From an uncultured Gemmatimonadales bacterium (lineage in GTDB: Bacteria > Gemmatimonadota > Gemmatimonadetes > Longimicrobiales > Longimicrobiaceae), in NCBI GenBank assembly GCA_963716255.1, contig OY970303.1:2496001-2560000 (forward strand): a stretch of DNA of 64,000 bases, read 5' to 3'. Shown one piece after another: positions 60,492 to 64,000 of this stretch. The stretch's first letter is position 1, and every line of letters begins with the position of its first letter. The translations under genes and the position numbers were made by a program. The notes under the pieces are model-generated. The model saw nothing but the letters and a program-made list of their open reading frames with translations. It was not told where the DNA came from and did no database searches.

Positions 60492-61895
60492 TTGGCGGAT
60501 ACGAACTTCGACGTGGTGGTCGTCGGCGCGGGCCCCGCGGGCTACGTCGCCGCGATCAAGGCCGCGCAGCTCGGATACAGGACGGCGTGCGTGGAGGACA
60601 CCTTCCTCGGCGGCGTCTGCCTCAACATCGGCTGCATTCCCACCAAGGCGCTGCTGGAGAGCGCCGCCATGATCACCCACCTGGGCCACGCAAAGGAGTT
60701 CGGCGTGGAGGTGGGGGAGATCAGGACGAACATGGCGCAGGCGGTGAAGCGCTCCCGCCAGGTCTCCGAGCGGCTGGTGAAGGGGATCGGCTACCTGTTC
60801 AAGAAGAACAAGGTCACCCACGTCCCCGGGCGCGGCCGCCTGGCCGGCAAGGGCCAGGTGGAGGTGACGGCAAAGGACGGCGGCAAGCAGACCCTCACCG
60901 CGAAGCACATCATCCTCGCCACCGGCTCGCGCCCGCGCGACCTGCCGTTCCTCAAGATCGACCACGACCGCGTGTGGGACTCCACCGACGCCATGATGTC
61001 GCAGGAGGCGCCCAGGACGCTGGCGGTGGTGGGCGCCGGCGCCATCGGGATGGAGTTCGCCGACGTGTACGCGGCCTTCGGGACCAGGGTCACCATCGTG
61101 GAGGCGCTGGACCGCGTCCTCCCGCTGGAGGACCGCGACTGCTCCGCCGTGGTGGAAAAGAGCTACCGCAAGCGGGGGATGGAGGTGTACACCGGCGCCC
61201 GCCTGGAAAAGGCGGAGGTCGGCAAGGCGGGCGTCAAGCTGACGGTGAAGACCGCGAAGGGCGAGACCAGGGTCATCGAGGCGGAGCGCGTGCTCTCCGC
61301 CATCGGCCGCGCGCCCAACGTGGAGGACGTGGGGCTGGAGGCCGCCGGGGTGGGTCTCACCGAGCGCGGCTTCATCGCCGTGGACCGGCAGATGCGCACC
61401 AGCGTGGAGGGGGTGTACGCCATCGGCGACGCGGCCGGGCCGCCGCTTCTGGCACACAAGGGCTCGCACGAGGGCGTGGCCTGCGTCGAGGCCATCCACG
61501 GCGACCCGCACGCCGGCATCGACTACGGCAACATCCCCAACTGCACCTACTGCCACCCCGAGGTCGCCTCGGTGGGGCTCACCGAGGAGCAGGCGCGCGA
61601 GCAGGGGATGGACATCGAGGTGGGCGTCTTCCCCTGGACGGCCAACGGCCGCGCCCTCACCTCCGGCGACACGGACGGCTTCGTCAAGGTGATCCGCGAC
61701 AAGAAGTACAGCGAGGTGGTGGGGGCGCACATCGTGGGCCCGCACGCCACGGAATTGATCGCGGAGTTCGTGGTGGGCCGCCACCTGGAGACCACGGTGG
61801 AGGAGATGGACCGCGCCATGCACCCGCACCCCACCCTTTCCGAGGCGGTGGCGGAGGCGGCGCTGGCCGCGCTGGGGCACGCGCTGCACATCTGA
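60492..61895 (+). CDS. lpdA: Dihydrolipoamide dehydrogenase
   Basis: GAGPAGYVAAI, GGVCLNIGCIPTKAL, LAHK, HPHPTLSE; GGAGG RBS, TTG start. Confidence 0.96.
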   Translation: MADTNFDVVVVGAGPAGYVAAIKAAQLGYRTACVEDTFLGGVCLNIGCIPTKALLESAAMITHLGHAKEFGVEVGEIRTNMAQAVKRSRQVSERLVKGIGYLFKKNKVTHVPGRGRLAGKGQVEVTAKDGGKQTLTAKHIILATGSRPRDLPFLKIDHDRVWDSTDAMMSQEAPRTLAVVGAGAIGMEFADVYAAFGTRVTIVEALDRVLPLEDRDCSAVVEKSYRKRGMEVYTGARLEKAEVGKAGVKLTVKTAKGETRVIEAERVLSAIGRAPNVEDVGLEAAGVGLTERGFIAVDRQMRTSVEGVYAIGDAAGPPLLAHKGSHEGVACVEAIHGDPHAGIDYGNIPNCTYCHPEVASVGLTEEQAREQGMDIEVGVFPWTANGRALTSGDTDGFVKVIRDKKYSEVVGAHIVGPHATELIAEFVVGRHLETTVEEMDRAMHPHPTLSEAVAEAALAALGHALHI

Positions 61896-61920
61896 GCCGC
61901 TCCACCGGGCGAGGTGAGGG

Positions 61921-61960
61921 CCGAGGAGCTCCGGGACGCCGTCCCGGAGCTCCTCGGTCT
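61921..61960 (+). terminator. Hairpin terminator after lpdA
   Basis: CCGAGGAGCTCCGGGACG/CGTCCCGGAGCTCCTCGG inverted repeat. Confidence 0.7.
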
Positions 61961-62049
61961 TCCCCGCCGTTCATTTCCCGCTTGAGTTCGCACATTCCAG
62001 GACGCATCTTGTCGGGGTACGCCCTCGGTCTCTTCCGCGAGACAGCCCC

Positions 62050-63345
62050 ATGCGCCTCCCGAACGTCCGCCGCCCGCCTCCGCCGGGCCGCCCGACCGTC
62101 TTCATCTCCTACCGCCGCGACGACAGCTCCGGCTACGCGGGCCGCCTGCACGACGCGCTGCGGGAACGGTGGGGCGAGGGAAACGTCCGCATGGACGTGG
62201 ACGACATCCCGCCCGGCGCCGACTACACCCAGGCCGCCCGGGAGATGGTCGCGTCCAGCGACATCGTCCTGGTCCTGATCGGGAAGCGGTGGCTGGAAGG
62301 GAGCAACGCGGAACGGCTCGCCGACCCCGCGGACCTCCTTCGCCAGGAGGTCGAGACGGCGCTGAAGAAGAACGTGCGCGTCATCCCGGTCCTGCTGAAC
62401 GGGGCGTCGATGCCGGCCCCGGAAGCCCTTCCGGCCAGCCTCGCGCCCCTGCTGACGCGGAACGCGTTCGAGCTGAGCGAGCGGCGCTGGACCTACGACG
62501 TGCAGGACCTCGTCACCACCGTGGAGCGCCTCCCGGTGCACGCCGCGTTGACCGATGCGCCTGAGCCCGCAGTTCGGCCGCCCGCGCCCGATCCGCCCCT
62601 CCCCTCCCGCCGCCCCGCGACCGCGAAAAGGTTCCCGCTGCGGTCCTGGGAGAGGGCGGTCCTCGCCCTCCTCGCCGTCGCCGCGGTGGTGGGTGCCGTC
62701 CGCATCCTGGCTGATGCCTGGGTGAGCCCGGAGAACATGAGCACGCCCCCGCTCACTGACACGGCGGTGGCCCTTGACCTCCCCTATGACACGCCCGCGG
62801 TCCTTGACCGCCCGCTGCCGCCGGTGCCGGTCGCGGAGGAGGACTGCCGGAGGTTCAACCCGCGCGCACTGAAGGTCGAGCGGAGCTCGAGCGAGAAGGC
62901 GTGGGTGCTCACCGACGGTGTCGCCACCATGGCCTACCTCGACGACGAGGCCGACGCGCAGCGGGCGCTGGCGGTGGCACGGCGGCACACGGAGCACTGC
63001 TTCATCGGGCGGTACATCGATGAGTTGGACATGGGAGGTCTCGGGTACCCCGACCGGGACCGTTACATCACCGACTACTGGATCGGCGATTCGGGCATCG
63101 CCACCACCGTCTCCGACGAGGACTGCGTGGCATACGCGCCGGCCGCGCTCAGGGTGGTGGAACGGAGCCGCTCCTGGCCCCACATGATCCTCCAGGACGG
63201 GACCCGGGCGCTTGCGTCATTCGAGACCCTGGAAGGCGCGAACCGGGCCCGCGAGGTGGCCCGCGGGGCCGCGCAGCTCTGCTACATCGGCCGCGACAAC
63301 AGCCGGCCAAACGCGGAGGCGTTCATCATGGAGTACTGGCGCTAG
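62050..63345 (+). CDS. TIR (TIR_2) domain + transmembrane helix + duplicated extracytoplasmic domain
   Basis: VFISYRRDDS, DVDDIPPG.D, VLIGKRW, RQEVETAL, VIPVLL; TM AVLALLAVAAVVGAV; two EDC...C(F/Y)IGR repeats. Confidence 0.88.
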   Translation: MRLPNVRRPPPPGRPTVFISYRRDDSSGYAGRLHDALRERWGEGNVRMDVDDIPPGADYTQAAREMVASSDIVLVLIGKRWLEGSNAERLADPADLLRQEVETALKKNVRVIPVLLNGASMPAPEALPASLAPLLTRNAFELSERRWTYDVQDLVTTVERLPVHAALTDAPEPAVRPPAPDPPLPSRRPATAKRFPLRSWERAVLALLAVAAVVGAVRILADAWVSPENMSTPPLTDTAVALDLPYDTPAVLDRPLPPVPVAEEDCRRFNPRALKVERSSSEKAWVLTDGVATMAYLDDEADAQRALAVARRHTEHCFIGRYIDELDMGGLGYPDRDRYITDYWIGDSGIATTVSDEDCVAYAPAALRVVERSRSWPHMILQDGTRALASFETLEGANRAREVARGAAQLCYIGRDNSRPNAEAFIMEYWR

Positions 63346-63428
63346 CTCGTCCGCGCCGGGCGGTGGCGGTGCTCGCCGCGCTGGGCACGCGCCGCACACC
63401 CGATGGAACGGCTGGGTACAACCGGTTC

Positions 63429-63561
63429 GGGCGTGCCCCCGGCTGGCGCCGGGGTCGGGCTTCGGCTCCGTAAGCCCGCAAACGACGCGGGCTAACGGAG
63501 TCGAGCCCCGGCGGAAACAACCCCGCCGGGTCTCGCCCCTTCGGGCCGAAATCCCTCACGC
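63429..63561 (-). repeat. Family A repeat, copy 10
   Basis: Reverse complement of consensus with an extended second hairpin. Confidence 0.95.
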
Positions 63562-63624
63562 GACTGCGGGCCGGAGCATCCCTGCTCCGGCCCGCAATCG
63601 TGGGTACGTCCGTCGGTCCGCCGG

Positions 63625-63870
63625 CTACTCTTCCTCTTCGAGGCCGGGGCCCCCGGCCTCGTCGTCCCCGTCGGCCTCGCGTTCCAGCTCTTCGCCGCCA
63701 TCCTGGACTTCCTCGCCGGTGAAAGCGAGTCCCATCCAGGAGCCGCCATTGTCCCGGTAGTCGCCCGTGTTCCCGGCCGTCAGCTCCTCCACCTTTCCAA
63801 CCACCGTCGTGCTGGGCGCGCGGTACGTGCCCCGCTGCGGGGTGGCACTCCGATCCTCTGCCTGGCTCAT
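63625..63870 (-). CDS. Lasso-peptide-type RiPP precursor with a long acidic tail
   Basis: GGAGG RBS; leader YRAPSTTVVGKVEELTA then core G1-NTGDYR-D8. Confidence 0.68.
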   Translation of the reverse strand: MSQAEDRSATPQRGTYRAPSTTVVGKVEELTAGNTGDYRDNGGSWMGLAFTGEEVQDGGEELEREADGDDEAGGPGLEEEE

Positions 63871-63943
63871 GTGAACGACCTCCCCAAGGGGTGATGCGGT
63901 GGGACAGCCCCGGCGTCCGCGCCGGGGCTTCCCTTCGGCCGGG

Positions 63944-64000
63944 CTACTCCTCGTCCTCGGCGGGCGCCTCGACCCGGGACTTCTTTTCCTGGTAGTTGCC
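63944..64000 (-). CDS. 3' end of an upstream small ORF, possibly a second precursor
   Basis: Reads ...GNYQEKKSRVEAPAEDEE*, an acidic end like the neighbour; truncated by the window. Confidence 0.4.
   Translation of the reverse strand, partial: GNYQEKKSRVEAPAEDEE

Overview
Very GC-rich bacterial DNA. The gene content (TonB receptor, TolC/RND, DUF885 and DUF5916 proteins, 6-bladed propeller lipoproteins) fits a diderm soil bacterium, plausibly Gemmatimonadota/Longimicrobium-like; this is an inference. In order, the window holds: the end of a pyrimidine-nucleoside phosphorylase; a DUF885 lipoprotein; a glycan cluster with sigma54-like promoters (glycosyltransferase, glf, GH1, GH2, GH5-like); a TonB receptor and DsbA; an RND operon with two inner-membrane subunits and embedded beta-propeller genes; a complete IS4-family element; a secreted 6-Cys peptide/CxxC protein/propeller trio; ergothioneine genes egtB-egtD-egtA divergent from a disulfide reductase plus OpuC/EgtU-type ABC importer; a sigma54 activator/lipoprotein/TPR/cupredoxin module; a CBM9-DUF5916 protein; a two-gene NLR-like module; TPR/glycoside hydrolase genes; DUF1206; lpdA; a TIR-TM receptor-like gene; and a lasso-type precursor. 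Best candidates for new biology: (1) a small helical effector with two C-terminal amyloid-like repeats next to an effector-less NACHT protein that carries one matching RHIM-like motif inside its NTPase domain and a LysM-like C-terminus; (2) a ~130 bp dispersed repeat (10 copies) with extensive compensatory base-pair changes, one copy split by the IS; (3) the Cys-rich peptide/propeller/RND neighbourhood. All calls come from reading motifs by eye; no database search was run.
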